In this document: positions 22,162 to 33,660 of the stretch, piece by piece
Layout: each line of letters opens with the position of its first letter
Position numbering within the stretch: the stretch's first letter is position 1
NCBI GenBank assembly: GCA_004764695.1
Contig: SMSO01000032.1
Span: 8,402,483-8,466,482 of the forward strand
Direction: 5' to 3'
DNA from: Schizochytrium sp. TIO01
Lineage: Eukaryota > Protista > Bigyra: Labyrinthulomycetes
Length of the DNA stretch: 64,000 nucleotides
Notes under the pieces: model-generated
Told to the model about the DNA's origin: nothing
Database searches by the model: none
What the model saw: the letters and a program-made list of their open reading frames with translations, nothing else
Position numbers and translations under genes: made by a program

Positions 22162-25100
22162 ACAAACACGTACACTCAAGCAACAACACAAACGTCCCCT
22201 GTCTGCAAATGCACAATCGAATAAAATCTTTACTTGCACTCTTTTTCTCTTCACCGATTTCATTGACATCTGACGTTTGACAAAAAATCTAGTCATCATG
22301 TCATTTCTCATCCATTGGTTGTCATCGTTGTTATTGCAGAAATATGGACATTAAGAGAAAGGTCTTTGCCCACCTCGGTATCTTACTGCTGCTGATCATG
22401 CTTGATTTCTTTTTAAGATCCCCTTTCTTTGTCTTCAGCTGGCCATGCTTGCTGTACAAAGTCCATCAGGAGTTCTACCCGTTACGGTTTGTTTCGATGA
22501 AGCAGGCAAATGAGCAACAATCGAATCAAGAGTGGACACGCTGCAAAGATGTTACGTGTTGCATGTGCTATCTTGCCTCCTTTCGTATTTTTTTAATCTT
22601 TTCTATATTTTCCATTTCCCTTTTTTATTCTCTCCAGAGATATCTAAAACGAAGAGCAATTCCAGTTTTGGTAATTACAGTCAATTGCTCATTGCCTCTG
22701 TGCATCTACTGCGAGCAAGTGCAGAGAGTAGCAGCATAAGTTAGCCCGATCTCTCTTCACTAATCGTCACTCGAATACTACTCCCAGTATTCCACGCCAA
22801 CCTTATCGTGTCAGGAATTTCGTAGAACCCACCCCGTCCTTTATAAATAAGTATCATATCATCTAATAATACGAAAGTAAGAACACACTCTCACACTCTT
22901 TCTTAACTTTTATTATTATTAATTACTCCAAGTTGTTTTTGTTTTTATTCAACAAACAAAAACAAAAACCAAACAAAAAGTCAATGGAGAATTAATTTGT
23001 CGGTTCGTCCAGTGTGTCGGAATGTGATGAACTCCAACCCTTCGTCCTCGTGACTACAGCGACATGGTCTACACGATTATGTGCCACCTTTGAGTCCCAG
23101 GCCGACCTCTTTGGCAGGGAAGTCCTGGCTGTTATAAACAACGCTGCCACGAACGTGCCTCGCGTAAGGTCCTCCGGGTCAGAGGTTTCTTTCTAAATAA
23201 GTTTCCTTTCGAAAGAAAGAACGCAAAGAACGAATAGCTTTCAGATATGCAGCATGATCACCGTTTTAGTTCAAGGTCGGTCTTTCACTAACCTCGTTGC
23301 CCAACAGCCATCGCTCCTGCCTCTTCGTGTCGTGATCGCTATTGGCGGATGGTTAACGAATGCGTGCACAGGCCTCTCAAGAGCTTGCATTGCCTCGGAA
23401 GTAGTCTGATCTCCATCGCCATTGCCATTTCCATGTCCTATGTTTAGATTGTCTGCCCTCACGAACAAGCAACAGCAACAATAACCAAAGAATTGAGACA
23501 CATACCTGAACAGTTCGTGGAGCTCCCACGGGCTTCGACTTTTACACACTTGCATACACGCATGCACTCATACATGCATACCGACTTCGCAATCGTTCAC
23601 CTTGCAAAACCAAAGACCCGTGTGCTGCTATGACCATTGGAGTCGCAGGTTCGCAGAAAAGCATGATAACTAATTCGTGCTTTGCTAATTCGTGCTTTGC
23701 TCGAGCATTTTGAGGCCAAGCGAACGAATGCGGCAATTACCAATGCCTCCTTCAGCCTAGATGCTTTGATTGCTTGCTTGTCATCATGAGTAGTGCTGAG
23801 AACTGCAGAAAGCTGCTTCCTCGACCCAAGTTCTTCTTCTTCGTACGAAGGCAATCCTGAAAAGCCCATGAAAACCATCGACGCTGCTGCAATCAATCAA
23901 TCAATCAATCAATCAATAGTCATTTGTTCTCTCATGGGAGTGAGAGTGTGCGTACCTTTTCGGTCTTTAAGGCGGATGGACGTTGTGTACTTCTCCTCTC
24001 ACATTACCTCACGATGGAATTCCATCAAAAGAATTATATGTGACCCCTCTGCCAAAGATTGAAACGGAATAAATGCGGTGCAAGCCTTGCCAAGACAGGA
24101 GGCTGACGATGGGGACTACCCGAAGGATCGCTCTGCATGTGACAAGGTCGGCAGCCTGGACCGGTTGTCGTCTTCTATTCTCAGAGGCGGTGTCTTCACC
24201 CGTATCTTGGCATCTATTAAAATAGGCACTCCTTCTACAGCAAGAACCAGGGCTTAGCGAACCCGTAGCAACTCCTCCCCTTGTTCATCCCGGTTCTTCT
24301 TCCTATGCTTTAACGTTTTCACGCCGCAATCGTGACTTAGAGAGGCTTCGTCTCAGAAGCCAAGGTCAGTTGAGCTTAGACGCAGCGTGGAGCTGAGAAG
24401 ATTACGAGGAAGTGGTGCTAAAGAACGATAGCATGAGTAGGAAATCCATGGCACGCTGCGTCCTTGAGATATCAGGAGGATAAGTATGTATTTATGTGCA
24501 ATATCTAATATCACAAGATTTTGACTCTAGAAGAGTTTCGCGGTTTTTTCTTTTTTCTTTCTCGTCCTCATCATGATGTTTTCAATTTCTTTTTAATTAG
24601 AGCTCATTAAAAGCAAACATATATATATTTATGTATATATTAATTGATAAAATAAAAAAACAATACTAAGGCATTAAATTCCTTATATTTTTTTCTTCAA
24701 GAATAGATTAGATAGATCTCAGTCTGATCTTTCTTCGCAGGACAGAACTCGCGATATCGAAGGAAATCAGTTTTGCGTGGCTCCATTCTGAATGGACGCG
24801 TGTAAGAACCTCAGTCAATTCAAGTGTCAGACACCTCTCTGAGGTCTGTCTCTGCAGTGCAGAGTGCGGGTTTGGGTCGCCCTCGAGCGAGAACTGTCCT
24901 GCAGAGCAAGAATTGATTTGCAACCAAGGCTCCTTCCTTCTGTTCAGCAGTGTGCGCCATTCTCCACTGTGCCGCACCCGTATTGTCTACTGTAACCCCT
25001 TCTATATCTCACTTTTACCCTCACGTGCAAGTGCATAATTCCATTCGCAAGTGAAGTATACGAAAACGTCAGCTTGCCCCATAGCAGGAGCTTTGAGGCA

Positions 25101-25189
25101 CTCTACGGAACCCAAGTGGTAGTGTTAACGCCATATACCCAATAACAGTAACAGTAAACAGGAAATGGGAAAAAGAAAGAGAAAGAGCG

Positions 25190-25247
25190 AAGAAGAAGAA
25201 GAAAAAGAAGAAGAAGAAGAAGAAGAAGAAGAAGAAGAAGAAGAAGA
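25190..25247. repeat. (GAA)n trinucleotide microsatellite
   Basis: Directly visible. Confidence 0.9.
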
Positions 25248-25950
25248 AAAAGCAAATTCCGTCCGCTGAGACGCGAGGATCGAATACTCGTAAAGCGTGG
25301 CTCTGACGAATGCCTTGAGCAAGCTTCCCTTCGAATCCCTACGTGCTTAATCGCCCTGCGCCGATTATTCGTCCGAGGGTCGGCTGCTCCTGAAGAGAAT
25401 CTCCTTCAGAGCACGACGGAAAGCAGTGAATGCGAATACAATCAATCAATCAATAACAATCGATAACAATCGATAACAATCGATAATTGATTTGCCTAAA
25501 TGCTGAATATTTAATATTTATTTATTTGTTTGTTTGTTTGTTTGTTTGTTTGTTTCATTAATTAACTAATTAAATAAAATTATAAAATTGAAATAAAAGA
25601 GTGAATGAATCATATTCTACCTGCTTACTTAGGTACCCACTCTAATTGAAAATCAAAGAATAATCCGCATTATTATTTCGTGTTCTTTCTTCCTTTGGCA
25701 GAATAACAAATAATAAAGAGTGTCTGTCAGTTTGTCTGCTGCAGTGCTTTCTGCAAAGCTCTCTCGAGTTAAAGAAGTTCTTCGGAAATGTGCTGAGGTT
25801 CATTCATGGCAGCAGCCGCAACAGTGCTGCAGAGAACCCGAGGACGACCATCTTTATTTCCACAGTGAGACTCTGTCGATGGATTGATACGCTGAGGGAG
25901 AGAGGGGTGATGGAGAAATGCAGCGTAGCTTGGGTAGAAAAGACTAAAGA

Positions 25951-25983
<33 letters not shown>

Positions 25984-26096
25984 AAAAAAATCATTATCAA
26001 TACACAGTTCGTTCGTCAATTAAACTAATAAATTGAACAACGAGGCAGCAGACCTCGATTGCGCGGGATTCCACCGTCGAGGGTGGCGCGTTGGAT

Positions 26097-27578
26097 ATGC
26101 TGCGCCCCTCCGGCGTCTCGCATCGCGGGCCCCTCCTTGCCGTCGCGAGCTCTCCGGCCAGTTCCTCTTCGTCTTCACATGGGTCTTGCTCCTCTTCGTC
26201 CTCATCCTCGTCGTCTAGCTCTCATGGCGCCGGGGACTCCCGCGACATCAACGGCGTCTCCTCGCAACGCGCCGCTACGCAACAGCTCCTCGTGCAACTT
26301 GCAGTGGCAGTGGCCTACGCTGGATTTACACTGGGCGCTCTGAGGGTGCGCTCGTGGAGGTTCAGACACAGGGTTTCGTTCAAGGTTCTCAACACCGGCG
26401 AGATTGAAGGCATCCGCGAGCTCGTGCAGAGCGAAGACGCCGACGAAGAGGGATCAGAAATCGACAGTCTCTTGAGCCCATTCTCGCGAGATCTCCTGGT
26501 GGGCATTCAGGTCGATGGAGATGTTGTGGGCATCGACACCATCAATGTTGACGGCGAGACAGGTTATCTCGAGGAGGTCAAGCTTGCCAGACAGTTCTGG
26601 GGATACGGACTAGAGCAGGCGCTCAGATCCAAGACTCTCGAGGTTGTAAGCTCTCCAAACAAAGATTCGGCCACCGCGAGATATGTTGGCAATGCTGCCT
26701 CGGTCTCTAGAGTCAGGCAACTCGTGTTCGCGTGGAATCACAGAGCGAGGGCGATCTGTGCAGGAACGGGAATGAAAGAGATAGCGAGATGGTCCTATTT
26801 GGTGGCAGATGAGTCCAACAAGGCCGAAGCGCTCTTAAAACGCGTAGATAGGGCTGTTCATTTGCAGGAATTCAGTCTACCTGAGCTGAGACAGGTCACA
26901 CGGGTATCAAAGATGATGGCGGTACTCGAGCGGACCTCGCAGGGAGGACTATTGTTGCAGTATTGGGATATCTACGATGTCAGGCGCGACGTTCTCGTCT
27001 CGTTATTTTCTGGGGTCCTGGCGAACAGCCCTCGACACAGAGATAGCGATAGCCTCTCTCCTAACACACTTATCGATCACAACCCACACGCCTCCTACTC
27101 TCATACCTTTGCCAACGCAAATGTTGCCTCGGGCTTCAATACGGATGTGACAACCACTGGACAACATCCTTACGAAAGGGGCGTAGACAGCGATGTGCGT
27201 ATAAGTTACGGCTCTAACTCGGGTTCTGACGAAGACCTGCTCGGACCTGAAGATCTGCCAAGAACCCACCACATGAGAAACTGCGTCATGCAGCTCGCTG
27301 ATCGCACCTGTAGCATTGGCGAGCTGATTGATCGCGACGAGCCACTCGGCTCGCTTTGTACATTCACAATCTACTGCAGCGAGGATGCCGTGGCTCGCAA
27401 CGCCAAGGCGTGTCGCGCAGAGGCACTTGCACATATCCGCTATTGGGCGAACCTCGGATTGGACATGCATTGTAAGTCGATCGCGATGTTCTGCTCCCCC
27501 GCACTTCATGGGGAGCTGGCTGGCATCGTTGATCTCAAGCAAGCTTCGCAACTAATCCTTTTCCAAAAATCATTTTGA
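26097..27578 (+). CDS. Predicted membrane-anchored GNAT-family N-acetyltransferase-like protein
   Basis: ~493-aa ORF from ATG 26097. Ser-rich N-terminus, hydrophobic segment LLVQLAVAVAYAGFTLGAL, then a GNAT-like core GYLEEVKLARQFWGYGLEQAL (Q/R-x-x-G-x-G) and WNHRARAICAGTGMKE (N-x-x-A...G-F/M). Confidence 0.6.
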   Translation: MLRPSGVSHRGPLLAVASSPASSSSSSHGSCSSSSSSSSSSSHGAGDSRDINGVSSQRAATQQLLVQLAVAVAYAGFTLGALRVRSWRFRHRVSFKVLNTGEIEGIRELVQSEDADEEGSEIDSLLSPFSRDLLVGIQVDGDVVGIDTINVDGETGYLEEVKLARQFWGYGLEQALRSKTLEVVSSPNKDSATARYVGNAASVSRVRQLVFAWNHRARAICAGTGMKEIARWSYLVADESNKAEALLKRVDRAVHLQEFSLPELRQVTRVSKMMAVLERTSQGGLLLQYWDIYDVRRDVLVSLFSGVLANSPRHRDSDSLSPNTLIDHNPHASYSHTFANANVASGFNTDVTTTGQHPYERGVDSDVRISYGSNSGSDEDLLGPEDLPRTHHMRNCVMQLADRTCSIGELIDRDEPLGSLCTFTIYCSEDAVARNAKACRAEALAHIRYWANLGLDMHCKSIAMFCSPALHGELAGIVDLKQASQLILFQKSF

Positions 27579-28098
27579 GGTTTCACGCCCGCATTTGACT
27601 GAAGGCATGGGTGAATCCATGCTCTCAAGTTCCTTCAATCATATATCCTTATATAGTTTTCTCCTTGGAGTCTAGACCTTTTGCCTTGTTAACTTGCTAA
27701 AGGTGGATTTAAATATATAGTACATGCAAATAGAATTAGATTGAGAAGTCAACATAGAGATTGAACACAGACGATGTATGACAAGCAAGCATGTGTCTAT
27801 TTTTTTCATTTTAGGTCCACCTTAGCTTATGACTTGAAGAGGGAAAATAAGTTGCTAAGGGTTCTTTCTTTATCTTAAAGATATGCAAATTCCTCGTAAA
27901 TGTGCCTCGTTGAAAGGAGGCTTGGCAGATTGCATTTACCATGCAAATAACATTCACCCCCAAAAAATTACAACAGTAAAACTATAAAAATATAAAAAGA
28001 TTTGAGAGATTTGGTTTCGATAGCATAGTTTGCCGCATTAAGGACAAGAGGCCGGGAAACAATCATGGGTGCTATCAAAACATTCTTTTAGAGCTGGT

Positions 28099-29670
28099 TT
28101 ATGATGATGATCGAGAAGAGCTGCTAGATGAAGAAGAAGAAGAGCGCGATGAGGATCCAGACGAGGAGGAACGCGATGAAGCCACCGAGGCAGGCGAGGC
28201 ACTCCGTTTTGCCCTTCGAGAGGATGAACGCCGAGATTCGCCACGTTCACCGCGGTTCTTGCTATGGTCACGACGCCGGCGGCCACTGCCGTCACTACTG
28301 CTACTGCTGTTGCGGCGGCGACGACTCCGCCGATCCTCGTCCCCATTTTTCTCTCGTTCCTGTTGTTCCTTAATATTTGAGGAAGAGGACTTGGGCTGGT
28401 CGTCACTCGGCTTGTCCCTTACTTCTTGCGACGGGGTTGATGTTTTCTCAGCAGTCGCGCCCACTTCAGCTTCTTTAGTAGACTGTGGAACCTTTGTGTC
28501 GTCTTCGAGCTTACGGCGCTTCAACTCGCGCAGACGTTTAATAGAATTGGCTTTCGCAATACCACCGTCAGTGTCACTAGACGACACCGATGGGGCACGC
28601 GAGCGTTTGGAGCGAGAGGAAAGTGAAGATCCTGAACTTGATCCTGACCTCGATGATCCCGAGCTTGAAGACGAGCTTGACGAGGAGGAGCTCGAACTCG
28701 AGCTCGACGAAGACACGCTATCCGAGCGCCGCCGTTTGCGAGAGTTCGAATTTCTCGCCATAGTGTTCGCTTGGCTTCGTCCCCGTCTCTTTTCTTCAGA
28801 ACTGTGATTGTCCTCGCCACGTCGTCTGCGCCTGCGGGAGTCTTCCGGCGATCTAGACCTGCTGCGAGAGCCCTTGCGACCTTCCGCACCCTGATCCCTG
28901 TTTCGCTTTCGCTCCAACGTTTTTGCCTTGTCCCTCGCCTGTCGTTCAAGCTCCTGTTCCCTCCGAAGTTCCTCCTTCTCTGCCCGCCTCGCTTCGCGCT
29001 TCGCAGCTTGCTTTTCCTGATCAAAGGCATCTCCTGCGCGATGCGTCGGGTCAATTCGGAAGGCGTCTCTAAGCCTTTCATCGCGATCAAACCGCATATC
29101 TGCCTCGACCTTTGTGCCGCTCACCTCCCTACGATCGCTCCACGATTTGAGACCGGGTTTCTTGCGCTCTTTCAGAGCTACGGTTTCACCACTCTGGGTT
29201 GATTTGCCCACGTCGCCTTCAGTCCCGCCATGCTCGTTTTTGTCTTCTTTCACATCCTCACTCAAGGATTTTTCCTTTCTGGCCTTTTTCAGGGCCTTCT
29301 TGGCCTTCTTGCGTTCCTTCTTCTCCCTCTCGAGCTCCTCACGCAGCTCCTGCCTAAGGTTCTCGCAGGCTGCGTCAACGGCCTCTGCGCTCTCACCATC
29401 CTTCTCGAGCTTCTCACGCAAGTCCAGTACCTTGACCTCCACCTCGCGTAAACGTTCGTGCTCGCGAATATCCTTGTTGACGGACCGCACTCCACCACGT
29501 GCCGCGCCCGCAGTCCCGCGCCAGGTGCCTCCTTCGCTACTGCGACCTTGACGCGCAGTCGCCTCGCGGTCCCTCCTCACACGCTCATGTCGCACGTGCG
29601 CAGCATTCGACTGCACGAAGCCGCTCGTTGCCGACCCACGCGAAGACCGCAAGCCCACGCCGTTGTACAT
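28099..29670 (-). CDS. CWC21: Pre-mRNA splicing factor CWC21/SRRM2-like
   Basis: Diagnostic N-terminus MYNGVGLRSSRGSATSGFVQSN, cwf21 domain (IREHERLREVEVKVLDLREKLE...LRQEL), LRDAFRI...GDAFDQE, and an RS/Ser-rich tail. Confidence 0.93.
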   Translation of the reverse strand: MYNGVGLRSSRGSATSGFVQSNAAHVRHERVRRDREATARQGRSSEGGTWRGTAGAARGGVRSVNKDIREHERLREVEVKVLDLREKLEKDGESAEAVDAACENLRQELREELEREKKERKKAKKALKKARKEKSLSEDVKEDKNEHGGTEGDVGKSTQSGETVALKERKKPGLKSWSDRREVSGTKVEADMRFDRDERLRDAFRIDPTHRAGDAFDQEKQAAKREARRAEKEELRREQELERQARDKAKTLERKRNRDQGAEGRKGSRSRSRSPEDSRRRRRRGEDNHSSEEKRRGRSQANTMARNSNSRKRRRSDSVSSSSSSSSSSSSSSSSSSGSSRSGSSSGSSLSSRSKRSRAPSVSSSDTDGGIAKANSIKRLRELKRRKLEDDTKVPQSTKEAEVGATAEKTSTPSQEVRDKPSDDQPKSSSSNIKEQQEREKNGDEDRRSRRRRNSSSSSDGSGRRRRDHSKNRGERGESRRSSSRRAKRSASPASVASSRSSSSGSSSRSSSSSSSSSSRSSS

Positions 29671-29779
29671 CGCGTGACCAGATTGCGCAAGCCCACGCAG
29701 ACCAGGTATCGGCGGGTTGTTGAAGGTCTGTTTGTTTTTGTGATTACGCTGCTCCGATCAGTCTTTAGTCTTCAATCGT

Positions 29780-29985
29780 TTCATTCATTCATTCACTCAT
29801 TTATTCATTCATTCATTCATTCATTCATTCATTCATTTATTCAATTTCTGAGAGAACCAGGTTAAATTCTACTCTAAGCTGCCCCTGAGCATGGGTGTTG
29901 ACTTCGAAGACATTTGACACATCCATGGCAAAAGACAACGACGACGACGACGACGAAGAAGAAGAAGAAGAAGAAGAAGAAGAAA
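29780..29985. repeat. (TTCA)n and (GAC)n(GAA)n microsatellites between the CWC21 5' end and the ADIP-like gene 3' end
   Basis: Directly visible. Confidence 0.85.
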
Positions 29986-30255
29986 GCGTCTTTGAGCGTG
30001 TTTTCCAAGGAGGAGTGAATAAACTAATTCAATGATGCGAACAATTTAAAGAAAGCTAAAATGTGGCAAACTATGGAAGCTATTCTATCCAATCAAGGAT
30101 GTGGGCTGCCTAGTGCAGGAAACGAAACACATGACAAAGTTGAAGAGAGTAGGAAATAGATCAAAATCATCATTGAATCGGTTTTAGAGAAAATGGCTGA
30201 GAAAAGTGGGGGTCAAGTCAGAGAGAAGAGAAAGACACTAGAGGATAAGAGAGTT

Positions 30256-32268
30256 TTACAGGATTTCATCAAGCAACTTGCGGGTTGCCGGAGTAGGTGC
30301 AACACCAAGATCGGCAAACTGCAATGCTTTGCGAGCACTTGAAGGTGGGCGAGGCTCTGGCGTAGCAAGTCTGTCAAGCATGCTGGGAGTATTCATAGAA
30401 CGCCGAACATCTGGGCTGGGTGTAATTCCAGACTTTTGTGCAAAGATGCGACGATCAAGCATGGCACGCTCCTCGTCAATACGGCGAGCTTCCTCTTGAA
30501 GCATGGCGCGGTCCTGCTCCAAGCGCTCGCGAGCACGGTCTAAGTCAGCCTGCTCTTGGTCAAAAAACTGTTTTGCCCGAAGTCTGTCTACATCATCATC
30601 AACAGGCACAGTTCTTATCCGAGATGAAGAGCTGGCGTTACCAGCAGCCATACTTGCATCCAAAGCTGAATTTCCACTATTGGACAACGCAGCATCGAAA
30701 GGGTTTTCCGCAACTGGACCTTGGAAGAGCAGGACTGCACGAAGGCAGGCATCCAGATCCTGAATGAGGATTTTTGCCTGGTCCAGCCGTTCCTTCAACT
30801 CGTCTTCCGACGGAATATGGTCCTGGTCACTCTCACCATTAGCACGCGCCTCTTGATCATCAAGATAGGCAAGGGTCTGGCCCTGCACCTCTGCAAGGCG
30901 TCGCTCGAGCTGTTCTGCAGGCAAATCAAATACTGTGTCGGCGAGGCGCAACGTATCGATCTCCAAACCTTGATTCGCACTGGAGTTTTCGCCACCAGAA
31001 GCGCTCTCATTATTTGAAGATCCACGAGCTGCTGAGGAGGACATAGATGATGTGGTGGCCAGGGCTTGAAGTTTCGTAAGGATAAGATTCTGCATGGTAT
31101 GAAGTGATGCACGCAGCTTTTGATTCTCTGCCACAAGGTAAGCTACGCGCCGTCCACGCGATGTTTCTGCAGCCTCCTCAAGAACTGCAAGAGACTGAGC
31201 TGCAGCTTCTGGGTCATCCGCCATTGCAGGTGCAGCCTCGGCAGCAATTGTAGCAGCTGTGGATGAACGCTCACCAAGCTGAGGAACGACACCTCCCTTG
31301 GTTGGCGGGACATCCATCTCTAAGGCACGCTTAACACTACGATCACGCTGAGTTTGGAGCATTTGCATACGCTTTTGCATGCGCTCATACTCAGTTTCCT
31401 TGCGGTTGAGCGCGGCCTGCCATCCCTTTTGCTGCCCTTCCATCTTAGCAATGTTCACCTGAAGCTCCTTGACCCAAGCATCGTTTCGCTGCTTCTCTTT
31501 AGCATGCTGATCCGCTGCAATTTTTGCACGGTTCTCAAGAGCAGCAAGATCTTGCTTGAGACAAAGAACCTGAAGTTTGAGCGCCTCCTTTTCATTTTGT
31601 AAACGTTTGCAATCCATCTGCGCACTGTGCGAAGTTGACTCATAGGAACGAGTGATGTCTACTGATTGACGAAGTTCCTCAAGTATAGCATGCACTGCAC
31701 TAATGATGGTTTCAGGTTGGTCAACGCGCATCTGAGGAAAGCCGAGGGCGTCGAGGCGGGCGTTTAATCCACTAATTCCTGCGTCCGAGGCATCGGCAGC
31801 AGACATTGGCGACATCGAAGCGATTGGTGGCAGTGCAGACCCAGTACGGGGTGCCTTGGGCGGCAATGACCCTGCAGACATGATAGAAGATGAGCTTGTA
31901 TTAAGCATATCTGTGAATGACATATCCTGGTTCTCTTTGCCGTTCTCGCCATCCACAGAACCCGTAAAAGACAGGTTATTCGCAGTCATGTCATCGAAAT
32001 CACCCAAAATTGAAGCTGGAGGCACAGTGCTTGATCTGTTTGACCGTGCTGAGCCTGGCGTTGGGGCGCGCTGTTTGCTAGAGCTGTTGACAGCGTTTAC
32101 ATTGTCCTGAGAGTTGTTGTGTTGGTTAGCATTGCTCGATGTCGTAGTCTTTGTCTTCCGTCGAAGCCAGGGCTTCACAGTCACTGGAGCATTTTTGTCA
32201 GAGCCAGTATTCTTAAAAGCGGCCGTAAAGTCCATAAGGACACTGGCATCTTCGACACCCTCGTTCAT
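30256..32268 (-). CDS. Coiled-coil protein, ADIP/SSX2IP (Msd1)-like microtubule-anchoring/centrosomal family
   Basis: ~670-aa ORF from ATG 32268. LNARLDALGFP...IISAVHAILEE followed by a long coiled coil ending RKETEYERMQKRM resembles the ADIP domain; assignment is by eye. Confidence 0.6.
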   Translation of the reverse strand: MNEGVEDASVLMDFTAAFKNTGSDKNAPVTVKPWLRRKTKTTTSSNANQHNNSQDNVNAVNSSSKQRAPTPGSARSNRSSTVPPASILGDFDDMTANNLSFTGSVDGENGKENQDMSFTDMLNTSSSSIMSAGSLPPKAPRTGSALPPIASMSPMSAADASDAGISGLNARLDALGFPQMRVDQPETIISAVHAILEELRQSVDITRSYESTSHSAQMDCKRLQNEKEALKLQVLCLKQDLAALENRAKIAADQHAKEKQRNDAWVKELQVNIAKMEGQQKGWQAALNRKETEYERMQKRMQMLQTQRDRSVKRALEMDVPPTKGGVVPQLGERSSTAATIAAEAAPAMADDPEAAAQSLAVLEEAAETSRGRRVAYLVAENQKLRASLHTMQNLILTKLQALATTSSMSSSAARGSSNNESASGGENSSANQGLEIDTLRLADTVFDLPAEQLERRLAEVQGQTLAYLDDQEARANGESDQDHIPSEDELKERLDQAKILIQDLDACLRAVLLFQGPVAENPFDAALSNSGNSALDASMAAGNASSSSRIRTVPVDDDVDRLRAKQFFDQEQADLDRARERLEQDRAMLQEEARRIDEERAMLDRRIFAQKSGITPSPDVRRSMNTPSMLDRLATPEPRPPSSARKALQFADLGVAPTPATRKLLDEIL

Positions 32269-33429
32269 GATGGTGTCCTGCTCCTCAATCTCAGTCGAGA
32301 TCCCCCTTTGCACGCTCAAGACCTTCTTAATATGCTCAACACCCCAAGTCTTCGTTCACGAAGCCAGAACAGTACAGATTGAGTATAGCTACTGTCAAGC
32401 AATGCAATACAATTCAGAATCGTTGCGTTTCTTTCGATCGAAGTAAACCTGGTCGTTGGTCGTTGTTTCCCAATAGCGTTTCGTTTCCTCTACTACTTGC
32501 TGCCTGAGTGAGTAACGCTGTCCAAGGAGACCCCAACAATCAACGATGTTGCGTTTCCTGCGTGGACCTGGGACCTTGCACGAACCGTAAACCCGACGGC
32601 CAAGATCCTCGAAGGGCCCGTCCTCTCTTCCCCACGTCCAGCCTGCACGAGAGTTTCAGGCAGCTGAGAGCAAGGCTGCCGAGATCTCGCTTTGGGCAAA
32701 CAACTCTTCGAAGTAACCAACTAATACTATCCTCTTATTTATTAAAAGAAAGCGAGGCGTTACAGTGGACCGGCGATCTCACGATTCCGCTGTGCCCCAG
32801 AGCCACGATCAGTGTTTGACGTAGAGCATTAAAGTACCGAGTAGCCTTATATGGTTCCTTATCAGTTTATGCCTACGTTGACTGCCTCGCAGACCCTGCA
32901 CAGGCCAAGAACGCTTCTTAGCGCACAACGATACCACAAGCACTTCAGAAGAAAGTAGAAACTCTAGTCTTCGGCGGTTGCATCCCGCCAACTTATCGTA
33001 CCATTACCGTACTAAAATGGGTTGTGCACACTTTCTATTTTCTTTTTCTCTTTTCTAGTAAGAAGCTCTTTCATTAAAAATTTCAAAAACGTTTCTGAAA
33101 ATGTATATTACGTAGTCCAAGGGTACTTTGAACGCGAGGATTCGTTTGTAAGGTGTACGGATACACGTGGGTAGATCGCATCGCCAAAGCTATGGCCCGA
33201 GGGGCATCTCACGCGAATATGTCAAGTACCTAACCATGACCTTTAAGAACGAGATGATATTCTTAGTTGTAAAATAATTTACTATTCTACATAGTTAATA
33301 TCCTAACCAATAAGAACCTTTTCACTTTGTCATCAACGACGTGCATCAATTTCTGCAAGATACAGGAACGGCAGAAAAAGGCAATTAGTGTAGACTTGAA
33401 AATGCCTCCACTTGGCACATGATCAAAAA

Positions 33430-33660
33430 GAGAACTATCGATACGAATTAAAGGACAGCTTATATTACTGTGGTTCCTAGATTTTACATTCCAAAACAAT
33501 GTTTATCCTTGGTGTGACAGATTTTTACTCTTTGTACGTCCTGAAGGGATTCAAGACCTGAGCTGGAGGCTTCCGCTACAAGAACCAATACCTGAAATGT
33601 CAATGTTCAAGATTTGTACAAAAGAATGCCTGTTCGTCAATGTGGTCAACCTGAAGGATT
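33430..33660 (+). mobile_element. Possible highly decayed LTR-retrotransposon pol fragment (pre-integrase region)
   Basis: Frameshifted peptides ENYRYELKDSLYY / TVVPRFYIPKQCLSLV* resemble the 'Y.L.DGLLY...RL.IP..L...VL' segment that precedes the integrase Zn finger. Confidence 0.25.

Noticed and set aside
21798-22273. 716-aa ATIC with a novel hydrophobic C-terminal extension, as in the ORF track
   Set aside because: The ORF reads through a GT-AG intron (21798-21985); splicing restores the canonical SSDAFYPF...RLFHH end at 22161.
32500-32650. GC-rich stretch upstream of the ADIP-like gene considered as snRNA/SRP RNA
   Set aside because: No U1-U6, SRP or RNase P/MRP consensus boxes could be matched by eye.
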